Shown here piece after piece: positions 42,660-55,385 of a stretch of DNA of 64,000 nucleotides. Location of the stretch: positions 2,976,001-3,040,000 of the forward strand of contig OX597835.1 of NCBI GenBank assembly GCA_951406725.2, in the 5' to 3' direction. Each line of letters starts with the position of its first letter. The stretch's first letter is position 1. The notes under the pieces are model-generated. The model saw nothing but the letters and a program-made list of their open reading frames with translations, made no database searches and was not told where the DNA came from. Made by a program: the position numbers and the translations under genes. The stretch comes from Octopus vulgaris (Eukaryota).

Positions 42660-43480
42660 ACTATCGTTTCTGCTATTCTCATGAGAAGATATTCTTGCAA
42701 GAAATTTGTCCGACTTTGGCAAACAGGTTATGAACAAGTTTTTATGGGATCACGCAGAGATTTTTCTACAAGAGGAAGTCAATATTGCATTCCCATTCCA
42801 GCAGCCATTTAGATGTTGATTCTGCAGGAGTATTCAGCTCAATGAATACTCCTGCTAAATTCATGATCTCTGGTCCAGTGTTTTAGACAGAAATCTATGA
42901 CATTTTCGATTCTAGGGAATTTCCAACTGCTTACTTTTCTTAAATTGTTGCTGACTTTCTGACTGGTTTATAGTCAGCCATATTTTCAATGCTCTTGTCC
43001 ATTTCTGATCCATTTGCTTTCTGATCCATGTTCCATATTCCAACCCACTTCGTTCGAATATTTCCGAGCGCCTTCATTGGTCAGTTAAAGTTGAGACAGT
43101 GTCATGTGACAGCTTGCTGTGGCTGCCTGCTGGAGCCTAGCAGCAGGTATTTAAAGGGAAAAAATTTGACAAGACAGTCAGTCGTCCGCTGACACTCGTT
43201 GACGCTAAATCGAAGAGGGCAGGGAACAGAAGAAAGAAGAAGACATGCACTCAACACCAGAGCTGGAGATACCGCCGAAAGGGGGGGGGGCACGTCAAAA
43301 CGGTAGAGGAATAGGGGCCGAAACCGGACGTGATTCCTCCTGATGATGTCTTGAGCTAACTGGATCCTATAAAGGAACTGTTGTGGTAGCAGACCACGAA
43401 ACACGGTTGAAGTTCCTTCTGGCTTTTCGTTGAGTTGTCTCCTTAATGAAGAAGCATTTAGGTCACTCCAAATATGTTTG
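42660..43480 (-). pseudogene. Highly decayed R4/Dong-like RT N-terminal region, interrupted at 43100-43403
   Basis: Minus-strand peptides LRKVSSWKFPRIENVIDFCLKH (cf. WKxPGxDxIxxFWLK) and ITCLPKSDKFL (cf. PITCLPTxYKLL). Confidence 0.6.
43100..43403. mobile_element. Solo-LTR candidate (304 bp)
   Basis: GC-richer block with TGT...ACA ends (tgtcatgtg / cacgaaaca) splitting the LINE relic; TATTTAAA ~30 bp before TCAGTC; TSD not clean. Confidence 0.45.
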
Positions 43481-43829
43481 GAACATATTTAACCATGAAA
43501 TGGTTATTTGCTGGATTTTCTGCACCTATTGCGAAAACTGAAAAAGGTGCTCCTCGCCAAATTGCCAGTGAATATGGCCTTTCTACAGGTCAAAAATCTC
43601 CCAAACGGATTTGAGCTGATCCAATTGTTCGTTTATAACTATTTCGCGCACACACTATAATATTTTCTCTTAAATATGTCAGTAAAATATTTTGGTGTTT
43701 AATTTGAATGTCTTCTCCCGAAGGAAATGTTTATATTTTCAAAGTCTTTAATCCTGCACAATTTTGCTGATTTAATTTAATGGACTCTTTCTCTTATATA
43801 GTGTATTTTCTCTATTTTGATATCTCATA

Positions 43830-44088
43830 ATCACGTGAGCGACCAGACCATCAGATGTTGCTACACATCGCTGGTCACAATGTGCTTCGCATTGTTTTAG
43901 CCTTCAAATGACGCCACCCCGCTGGCTAAGCGAGCAGGCCAAGAAGGAGTGAGAGAAAGTTGTGGTGAACGATTACCTGCCGGAACCTCGTGGAGCTTTT
44001 AGGTGTTCTCGCTCAATAAATACTCACATCGCCCGGTCTGGGAATCGAAACCGCGAGTCCGCTGCCCTAACCACTGGGCCATTGCGCC
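43830..44088 (-). mobile_element. SINE type C with alternative tail
   Basis: cgctcaataaatactcaca...gggaatcgaaaccgcgagtccgctgccctaaccactgggccattgcgcc. Confidence 0.83.
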
Positions 44089-44953
44089 CTATTTTGATAT
44101 ATTTTTGTTTTTATAATAATTTTGTTCTCATTTTCCTTTCCCATTTCACTAAACTATGACAGGACTTTCTCATTTCATATATCTATTTTTTTAAATTTTA
44201 CGTTATTTTTTCCATTTTTATTTTTAATTTTTGATATTACTTTGTTTTTTATTTTTAATATTTGATATTACCTTTTTTCTGTTTCTGTTAAGTTTGACGA
44301 GGAAGGATGACTCCATCAGAATCGATATCCATTTCCATCGATGTTCTTATTGCTAATGAATAGATTAGTTTACACAATCCGTTGATATTCAGGTAATTTG
44401 TTACCGTGGAGGGGATTTCTTGCAGAGACCTGTTTTATTTATTTAACGCTTCACACAACTGCTTGTTTTATTTGTAGCTCAGGCAGGAATTTACGTTAAT
44501 CCATCTTCAATAATCCATCTTCATCGACTTTGTTATATTTTCTCGCAATTTTCTTTTATTTTTCGTTGTTTGTTCTATCCTCCTCAATATTGACTCAGAT
44601 ATGTTGTGGTGTGTATTTATATTCTGTTGGTTGCTAAGTGTGAAATATCGAAGACATAGTTATGTTATGGTTGTAGATTTGGGTTAATGATCCTTCAATA
44701 ATCTACGTTTTCAATTTAATTTCTAGTTCTGTTCTGTTTCTGGTTTTGTTATTATGATATGTTTGTTTGTCGTGCGATGCGCCCTGCACTTCTCTCCTTG
44801 TATTCTCAGCGCTCATTTATTTTATGTGTGGTCGTTTCTGTTCTGTTGATTTCATTCTTTTTAGAGCCTTTTACATACTTTGTATATATTGTGTTTTGTA
44901 ATGAGGCTTTTATTAGTTTGTGGTAGAGTAATTTTATTATGTCTTAGTAATAA

Positions 44954-45046
<93 letters not shown>

Positions 45047-45116
45047 CACTACTACTACAACTACTATTACTACTACCAATACTGCTGCATCTATTATTAT
45101 TATTTATATTTATTTA

Positions 45117-45423
45117 TGCGCCATTTTCAAGCCTAGCCAGGCTCATGGGCCCGGCTTCACGGTTTCTATGGCCTATGTGTTCCTCCCCAGCTGGACGGGA
45201 CGCCAGTCCATCGCAGCGTTCCTCAAGAAACAGGAAGAGAGAGTGAGAGAAAGTCGGGGCGAACGAGTACAACAGGGGTCGCCACCACCCCCTACCGGAG
45301 CCTCGCGGAGCTTTTGGGTGTTTTCGCTCAATAAACACACACAACGCCCGGTCTGGAAATCGAAACCGCGATCCACCGACCGCGAGTCTGCTGCCCTAAC
45401 CACTGGGCCATTGTGCCTCCACT
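45117..45423 (-). mobile_element. SINE type C
   Basis: tRNA-like head at the right end; minus-strand tail ctgcgatggactggcgtcccgtccag...catgagcctggctaggctt. Confidence 0.87.
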
Positions 45424-45624
45424 GCGCCCTTTTAAAGCCTAGCCAGGCTCATGGGCCCGGTGCCCCGGTTTCAATGGCGTATGTGTTCCCCAGCTGAGTG
45501 GACTGGAGCAACGTGAAATTATGTGTTTTGCTCAAGAACACAACGCGTCCCCCGGTCCAGGAATCGAAACCACAGTCTTACGATCATGATGCTGACACCC
45601 TAACCACTAAGCCACGCGCCTCCA

Positions 45625-45626
<2 letters not shown>
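45424..45626 (-). mobile_element. SINE type B sharing the tail of the adjacent type C copy
   Basis: aagcctagccaggctcatgggcccgg repeated; CORE-like cagctgagtggactggagcaacgtgaaat; head ccactaagccacgcgcctcc. Confidence 0.85.
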
Positions 45627-45670
<44 letters not shown>

Positions 45671-45764
45671 TATTTATTTAATTTTTATTTTTCATTATTA
45701 TTATTATCATATTCACAATAATTGTCCTCTCTGTGTTTAGCCCCATGTGAGTAGTAAAGAAATA

Positions 45765-45765
45765 G

Positions 45766-45833
<68 letters not shown>

Positions 45834-46064
45834 GGTAGTGGTGGTGGTGGTGGTAGTGATGGTGGTGGTGAGGTAGTAGTAGTAGTAGGAGGAGGAGGAG
45901 GAGGAGGAGGAGAAGAAGAAGGAGAAGAAGAAGAAAAAGAAGAAAAAGAAAAAAGAAGAAAAGGAAGAAAAAGAAAAGGAAGAAGAAGAAGAAGAAGAAG
46001 AAGAAAAGAAGAAGAAGAAGAAGAAGAAGAAGAAGAAGAAGAAGAAGAAGAAGAAGAAGAAGAA
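45765..46064. repeat. Compound trinucleotide tract (GTA)n-(GGT)n-(GGA)n-(GAA)n
   Basis: Direct reading. Confidence 0.95.
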
Positions 46065-46750
46065 TGTTTGATTATTGAGGGGAATGGAAAAGGAAGAAGG
46101 CATAAGAATTATTGTTTTGAGAAAATTGGGAAGAAGAGAGCAGAGGAAGAATGGGTAAGAATCGTTTTATTCGAAGATAAGAATAAGAAAGCATTCGCGA
46201 ATAAACGGAAATGAAGGAAACTGAAATGCACGAAAGGGAAAAAGAAGGATTCACGGGGAAGGGAAAATAGCAAGGAAAAGTGGTTGAAAGAAAGTTAGCA
46301 ATTGTGGAGGAAATTATGCTACGATTTGAAGAAAGGATAGATCTGAAATGCAAAATGCGAGTGTGCAGGAATGGGTACCATTAGAAGTGAAAACTTCAAA
46401 TTTAAATTCTTCAATATATTAATGGAAGCAACAGACCAAATAAGAATACGATAAGTAATGCGATCGAATAAATGGAATCAAAGGAGATATTTTTTAATGG
46501 TAGAAGAAATAAAAAAGTCATCGAGAAATCAATTTGAAGATATATTTTTTTTAGAAACGTGCCTAGAAATATGATAATTTGGTTCTTTAATTTAATTCAT
46601 GTAAGAACTGAAATAACATTAAATTTCTTTCAGTTGAAATCAGATTCGGCAAAATATTCAACGAGTGAAAACATGTTGGTAGGACGAAACGTGTGCCCTG
46701 AGATGCAAATTTAGATATATACATATACATACATACATACATACATACAT

Positions 46751-46809
<59 letters not shown>

Positions 46810-46839
46810 TTTAGATTTTTTTAATACAGAAGGTTCAAT

Positions 46840-46934
46840 GAAGAAATGGTGAAATACATTCAGAAAACGGAGTAAAAAAATAAGGGTTGCAATCTGCCAC
46901 AGTGTAACGAATAAAAAAATCTTTCATACTCCGG

Positions 46935-47016
<82 letters not shown>

Positions 47017-47213
47017 ACTACTACTACCACTACTACTACTACTACTGATAGATCGCTAGCCACTACACATTCTTTATTTTCTCTCCTTGTTTCTTTCTGT
47101 GGAAGAGCGTAGGCTCGAAACGTTAAATACTTTTTCACTTCCTGAGCGTTAGACTAACGCATCTGTTTGTTGTCTACACCACCTTTCTTCGTCTTTTTTT
47201 GTGAATTCTTTCC

Positions 47214-47253
<40 letters not shown>

Positions 47254-48750
47254 GCAGTGTATAAAATATATACTTGCATATCTTTCCCTCACGGCAATGA
47301 GTGAATATGTTAATAAGATCAACTTTTAGTTGCTCTAGAGCAGTTCCATATTTTATCACTAATTCAGTTCTCAACCAAATTCAATGTAGTTCTTTTAGCA
47401 GTCACGCGCTGATCTTCAGCTACATTTTGAGATAAAATAATTGAAATTTGGTTCACTAAAGAACAGTAGGGTTACAATATGAGGTCAAAAATGGGAGAAC
47501 AAGGCGAAAAATTAATTTAATAAAAATATCTGTTATTTTAAAAGAATGTGCCCATCTAGAAGATTTTTTGGTGTAAACCTCATTAAAAAGTATTACCTAC
47601 GAAGCATGTAGGGTAGCTTTAAGTGACGAAATAAATAGTAAGTAACCCCCACTATCAATATGAGTTTGAGTCAAAATATCTCGGTTATTGTTAGCGAAAA
47701 CTATACAATAGTTGTGTTCAAATGAAAGAGCTATATGAGATGAAACTTATAGGTGAAAACCTTGTCTAAATTATTAGCTACAAAGAAGTGGTGTGACTTA
47801 AGTGACGGAAAAAAGTGATCATTTTCGCAAATCAAAATATTGTCATTTTAAGATATCTAGCAGTATAAAAGAAGATACTTGTCACAGAGCGCTTGACCGG
47901 AGTATGAAGGATTTGTTGTTCGTTACACTGTAGCAGCTGGCTACCCATATTTTTTTTACTCCGTTTTTTGAGGGTATTTCGCCAATCTTCTAAGCTGTTT
48001 TCGCAGCTATTCTGCGTTCGTTATTTACTTCAGATGAAGGAGTTTCATGAGAAGAATATAATGGTGAAATATTTGTGAAGAAATATTAGTTACGAACAAA
48101 GTTGTGTGGTTTTAAGTGTAAGTGACGAAAAAAGTGTCAATCTTCAGAATTCAAAAATGTTTGTCATTTTAAGAGTAAGATAATACTATTTGAAGAGAAA
48201 TGAAAAAGTTTGTCGAGATGAATATTTTGGAAAACCCATTGAAAAAGCATAAACATTGTGATTTCTTGCGATTTCTTATTAATTTTTATGATCTGTATAT
48301 TTATTAAAATATGTACGTATTAAACATATACTAAAATAAAAATTTCACTCATTAAAAGACTAATTATTAATTACTTAATTAGAATACATTATTTTATTAT
48401 AAAAGTTGTTTTCAAAAAATATTTCTTTGTAATAGATATGCTGCTATTTACTAATCGCTAGTTAGTTTTCGTTGCAAACAAAATTTCTGAGTTTCAACAA
48501 AATCATTATATAAAAAAATTACAATTGTATCAGTTTCCCTAATTATAAAGTTAAATATAATTATTTATATAATAGAGGCATTATCTGGAAAAATAGTCGA
48601 GTTCAATGAAAAATATGGACATAGAATCCTAGAATATTCTTAAGAATGGAACCTGGAAAATTACAGAACAATCAGTAGTTAAGATTATTTTATAAATATA
48701 TATGTAAATAACACAATATATATATATATATATATACACATATATGTGCA

Positions 48751-48797
<47 letters not shown>

Positions 48798-49561
48798 ATA
48801 TTCATAACTACTTCTTTTAATATATACATACATATGTGTGTGTGTGTTTGTGTGTATGCGCATGCGTGTATTCGTATATATATGCCTGTGGATGCATTTA
48901 TGTGTATACGTGTATATAAACAAAAATAGATTTTTCACATTTCTCTAACGTTACATGTATTGTTTCGTATATTCTAATTCATCGCAAATATTCTTTTGTG
49001 TTAAAGAAAATAAAATTCGTCTATTGTTCCTTGTTCTCCCCACATAAACATACATTTTGCTTTGCTCTCCACAAACTTACCATTCTCTGTCACCCTTTCT
49101 ATCACTTTTTCACTTTTTCAGTTTTTTCATATATTTGCATATGACCCTATTTTTAACAAACATTTAGTTAGGATATTCAAAGAAATATATATAAATATAT
49201 ATATATATACAGACACGCACACACACACACACACACATGCACACACAAATACACACACACACACATATATATACGTATTTATATATATTTATATATGCAT
49301 GAACTTGCATGTATAAGCATATACCATTGGATGTGTGTCAATTTATTTGTAAAATAATGAATAAACTTGGATGCTGTAACTTCGACTGCCTGAATAACAT
49401 CCATTAAATGCATAGAATTTGTTTCTGTCAAACATACATGCATACATACATGTATTTGCAAATACACTTACACCCACACCCACTTCGTCTTTTGTTTATT
49501 TTCGTAAACCTTCCCGTTATATATATATATATGTTTATGTCTATATACATATACTGATATA

Positions 49562-49638
<77 letters not shown>

Positions 49639-50315
49639 GTGTGTGTATATTTACAGACATATGTGCATAAATATATATATAAGAATGAATTTACACACAC
49701 ACACACATATATATATATATCCTGTAAGATTTTCTTTTTCTGTGTATTTATTTTTCAGTTAAAGATTTCTAATATTTTGATTTAAATAAATGTGTCGTTT
49801 CATTTCACTTTTAGAGAAGCCATTAACGGCGTTATGTGTTTTATTGCTTATTGGTTTTCTCATAAAGAAATATTCGCTCCCTATGTCATTCAACAGCACA
49901 ACTAATTGGCCATTTGATAATGAAAAATAATATATTTAAACATACAATAATAAAATAGCCATACATATATGTATATGTGGATTTATAAATGTGTGTGTGG
50001 GAGCACGTTGGTACACACGTATGTCAGTGTGTCCTTGGTGGGGATGTTCAATTTACTGCTAAATTATATATTTGTTGTTGGCGTTTCCCTGGCTACTGTT
50101 ATTGTCGTTGACAATAAGGTATTTATTGTCCTTTCGAAATAGGCTTAAATCTCATTTATGTTGTGTGTGTGTATGTGTATATGTGGGAGTGTTTATGTTG
50201 TGTGTGGACGTGTTTGTTTTCTTGCATGTAGCTATATATGCATTTATATACGCATATACATACAAGCATACACACCTACATACATAAATAATACATACAT
50301 ACATACATACTTACA

Positions 50316-50348
<33 letters not shown>

Positions 50349-52095
50349 CGGGAAGCTTTATGAAAATAGACAAAAGACGAAGGCAGGTTTATATATATAT
50401 ATATATGTATATATATGAAAATAGCTGTTTGCTTCAACAACCATTTTTGATTCTTTAACTTTCGTCTTTTCTTGTTGATTTTGACATTAGGAGTGCATTG
50501 TTGATTGTAAATTTGAACTAAACACCAGGTATGACGCCATTTTGTTTTCGGTAATTTTATCTACGTGCATAAATAGAATTATTTAATGAAATTTCATACT
50601 TACATTTTTTGTTGCTTTTTTTTTTAGTTTTTATTTCCTCATCATAAATGAGACTGCATAAACATGTCCATTTACTCGAATGAACAATGCGGGTGCAGAA
50701 TCCTAGAATATTCTTAACTATTGAACCTGGAAAAGAACAGAACAAGCGGTAATTAAGCCTGGAAGAGTACAGGACAATAAGACAAGATGCTAAAATATTT
50801 CTACTGAAGTTAGAATTTAAAAACTAAAATAACAATATATGACCTTCAATATTTTTTTAAAATTTTTATTTAAAGGTTACTTAAAAATTAGAATACTCAA
50901 GATCCTACTTATTCTATATTTTAGGAAAAAGACTAATTGCCTTGAAGTTTACCCATTGAAGATTTGATATTACAAATTTACATATATATTTTTAAAATAA
51001 TCACGATAACAATTTAATTAACAATTATAATCATTAAGTGTTGTAAAGCAAGCTAGACACTCATTTCTACATTTTGCATTCAATTTATTCATCAGCTTTA
51101 ATTAAAAAACAATATTATTTGAATTGTAGATAAAACATACTTTTTTCATCTGATAAAGCAAACTTTAAAAAAATTAATTCATTTGTTTCTTCAATAAAAC
51201 GTTTAGTTTTACTATTCTTTACACTGTTGAATTAAACATATTCTACATAAGTTTAATTTTATAACTCAAGATCTGTGATTTAATTCTTTTTTGGGTAATG
51301 AGTTTTCTTCAAGAAATTTGCAAAAACAAAAGCGAAAAATATAAAAAAACAACAACAAAATACTGCATACGCTTTTTGATGAACAATTTCAGAAATTAAT
51401 TTAGCAAACTACAGCAGCAATATTTTGAGATTTGTTTTCTTCTCCTGTACTTTTCCAGACTTAATAACTGCTTGTTCTGTACTTTTCCAGGTTCAAGACT
51501 TAAAGTATTCTAGGTTCCTGCGACTGCGTTTTTCATTCTGGTCCACTTTTTACCAACGATTCTGTTATCATAATTGGTTATATTTCCTTTTATAATTGAG
51601 AAAATGATACCAATGTAACTGTTTTTTAAATGTGGAATTTGTTGAAATTTAGAAATTTTGTTTTCACCTAAAAATAACTAAAGATTAATAGAGGCATATT
51701 TGTTACAAATAAATATATTTTTAAACAATTTTTACTGAAAAATAACGTTATCTTTTAATTAAATGATTAATGATTAGTTTTTGTAATGAATTAATTTTTT
51801 GTTCTACTCTAATTAATAAGATAATAACTTTCACTTAAAAAGACAAAATTATTTTGAATTCTTAAAATTATCATCTTTTTCTCAATCACTAAAAGCCTTG
51901 CAACATTTGTTGTAATTAATATTTCTTGACAAATATTTCACCATTATATTCTTCTCAAGGATCTCTTTCATCTGAAGCGCAGAAGAGCTGTGATAAACAG
52001 CTCAGAAGATTGGGAAAATACATTTAGAAAAGGGAGAATGGAAGTGAGCAGTGAATTGCCAGTGTATCGAACTCCGTACCTTTCATATTCTGGAT
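46840..52095. repeat. Old foldback-like long inverted-repeat complex
   Basis: 47896-48690 is inverted relative to 51415-52095 (e.g. 48028-48088 versus 51917-51977). Extra arm pieces lie at 46864-46935 (inverted) and 50670-50800 (direct). Confidence 0.75.
47047..47217 (+). mobile_element. Family E-related short repeat with degenerate hammerhead (47093-47128), abutting (TA)n
   Basis: cttt-CTGTGGA-A-GAGC gtag GCTC-GAAA-CGTT-aaa; shares ttcctgagcgt with family E. Confidence 0.65.
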
Positions 52096-52102
52096 AATGT
52101 TG

Positions 52103-52365
52103 CTACGTTCTGAGTTCAAATTCTTCCGAGGTCGACTTTGCCTTTCATCCTCTCGGGATCGATTAAATAAATACCAAGCAAGCGCTGTGGTCTATGTAAT
52201 CGACTGATTCTCACTCACCCGAAATGAATGGCTTGGTTCCTAAATTTGAAATCAGTATTATTTTTATTAAAACTGGGAGCTGGAAGAACCGTTATCACGC
52301 CGGGCAAAATGCTTAGTGGCATATGTTTCCGTTCTGAGTTCAAATACCGCCGAAATCGGCTTTAT
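52103..52365 (+). mobile_element. SINE type A fragments
   Basis: ctacgttctgagttcaaattcttccgaggtcgactttgcctttcatcc; second head at ~52275. Confidence 0.78.
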
Positions 52366-53945
52366 CTGTTACCCTTGAAGTATGTCCCAAACATATTTAA
52401 ACTAACGTAAAGTTTGCATATTAACGATGTGTTTTATGCTGATTTGAACACCTTCCATGAAATGCAATATTATTTTTATATCTTTAAACATGCTTTATAT
52501 TCTAATCCATTTATATTTACTACATGCATGGATAGAAGATGAACGAGGCATTTGAAACTAAACAATAACATACAATTTATCTTTACATTCCGAGCGAATA
52601 AGATGAAAGAAAATGAAGAATTCAGAAATCTAACAATATCTTTGATGCTTCTCATTTGATTTCTTCAACATATATTGTTCCAAAATATTCAAGAGTCAGT
52701 GGATTTGCCGCCGGAAACTATATGTATGAATGGAAATCTTAATTTTACCTCACGTCTATTGAAGTCAAAATATGGAACGATAACGAACTAGGAGGTAACA
52801 CCTGAAGATACAGTACGATGCATAAATGTATGCATATGTGTCCGTGTGTGAGTGTGTGCGTGAGTGTGTACTGTGTGTATATTTGTGTGTGCATACATAT
52901 ATATATATATATTAATGCATATATATATGAGTGTATACCTACATGCATATTTCCATATATATATATATATATATATACCATATTATTATTAATAAATGTA
53001 TATGTGTAAAAATATATTTTATACATGAGTGTATATATATATATCTGTGTGTGCGTGTCTGTGTATACATACTTATCGCTTCATATACTCATATACACAC
53101 ACATGCGCATACTGACACACTGACTGTGTGTTTATACATACATATATACATATAAGAACATATAGTACATATATTATACACGCACACACACAGACTCACA
53201 CTAGCATTTGTGTATGTGTATGTGTAAGTTAGTGTAAGCAACAATAATCTTCCGACCGAATGGTTCCTTAATTCCATGGTTAACATCAGAACTAATGCAG
53301 TCGCTTTTGCTTAACGAGATGTTATGACTTACAATATAAATATACTCCACTAGTAGCAAAGTTTTATACTTTGATCATAATAGCTATTGGGAAAATTCTT
53401 GAGATTGCTAGTCTCTGAGAGGCCAATTACAGTCTATCCTTAAAGACGAGCTCAGGAGTCAGTTATCCATTCTAATATGGTAGTACTCGACACGACACTT
53501 AATTTTCAATATCTAAAATTTACGGGTTATCATACTAATGATTTTTACTAACGGTAACGTTGATAAAAGAAACTACAAAGAAACGAGTCTATTACGTCAA
53601 GACCCTTCGTGTTTTTGATATTGTTTAGCCCCAGGTCGGCGTTGATTAAGAAGACCTATGTTCAGATATGTTTTAGATTTGATCACACATTTTTTTTTTA
53701 TTTTCTTGTTACTGCTGATGTTGTTATTCTTGCTTTCTACGCCTACGTTGTTTAACGAATCGTCTTCATTTTTGAATAATAGTTGCTGAAACAGTGGGAA
53801 ATATTTGCGCTAAAGATCCATGTTCTTACTATTGTTGTTGGTATTTAGCTCTGACTCTGCACTGATTGAACAGATCTAGCATCTGTGATAAAATAGGTTC
53901 CACTTGTGACCATCTTGTTAGTCTATTATTCTTTCATATACAATT

Positions 53946-54105
53946 GGCAGAGGCGTGTGGTAGGTAGTCTGCTTCACAACCACATGGTTGTGGGTTCAGT
54001 TCCACTGCATGGCACCTTGAGCAGGCTTCTTTACTCTATAACTCCTGGTTAAGCAGAATCCTCGTGAGTGAATTTGGTAGACGGAAACTGAGAGAATCGC
54101 TTCGC

Positions 54106-54108
<3 letters not shown>
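53946..54108 (+). mobile_element. SINE type D 5' half, diverged
   Basis: aaccacatggttgtgggttcagttccactgcatggcacctt...ggtagacggaaactga. Confidence 0.75.
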
Positions 54109-54171
<63 letters not shown>

Positions 54172-55061
54172 TGGTTGTCTACTCCTCATGCAGAGTCTGA
54201 CTACCTCTTGTGCTTACACCTTAGATGCATCAGGACATCTGATGGGATTTTTCAAACCAGATGTTGTATCGAAAAGACACCCACATAGATTACTAAATCT
54301 GTATTAAACCAATAATAATTACTAAATCTGTATTAAAGAAATAATAATTTGCTAAATTAGTGTCAATATTAAGATTAAAACAAGGCGGCGATCCGGCGGA
54401 ATCGTTAACACGCGGGCAAAATGCTTAGTAGAATTTCATCTGCTTTTACGGTTTGAGATCAAATTCTCTCTCTCTTAGTTTTATACATACAGATTGTCAG
54501 AGAGATAAATACATAGAGTGAGAGGGATGCATATATTATGTATATATGTGTGCATGTACGTATCGACTTAAGTATACGTGTGACATATGTCTGTGTTTGT
54601 GTAAGTATTTCTGCAAAGCTTTTGCTTTTTTAAACCTGTTGAGAACTCTAGATATAAAAAAATATATAAAACACCATACATAAGTTATGTGTGCATAGCA
54701 GATACCTTGTTTGTTGTTAATATTCAATTCCTTAATGCCTTTAATACTCGGTGAAATAGCAGCCTTACAACATCCCCACATAATAACATAAAAGTAGCCG
54801 AAATCTGCATTAAAAGATTGCTTGCCCTATGTACAGAAATTTGTCCTCCATGTTGTTCTCCGAATGCCAATCGAAACAGTTCGGCGTTTGGGCTGAACTG
54901 CTGCCCACTCACACATCAAAGTTCATATTACTTAGTGCATTCACTGTGCATATCCAGTTTAGCCTACCACTCTAAAATAAGTGCAGTCCACATGAAAAGG
55001 GGTCACAGATCCTTTCAATCCGATTTTATTCATAGTAGTGAGGTTGTCCCAGCATTACAGG

Positions 55062-55321
55062 ACTCTTTTACTCTTTTACTCTTTTACTTGTTTCAGTCAT
55101 TCGATAGCGGCCATGCTGGAGCGCCGCCTTTCGTCGATCAGATCGACCCCAGGACTTTCTTTGTAAGCCTAGTACTTATTCTATCGGTCTCTTTTTGCCG
55201 AACTGCTAAGTTACAGGGACGTAAACGCACCAGCATCGGTTGTCAGGCGATGTTGGGGGGGGGGACAAACACAGACACACAAACATACACAAACACACAC
55301 ACAAATATACACGCACAAACA

Positions 55322-55385
<64 letters not shown>

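Noticed and set aside
42824-42855. 13 bp perfect hairpin gcaggagtattca/tgaatactcctgc
   Set aside because: A short local inversion inside a LINE relic with no functional support.
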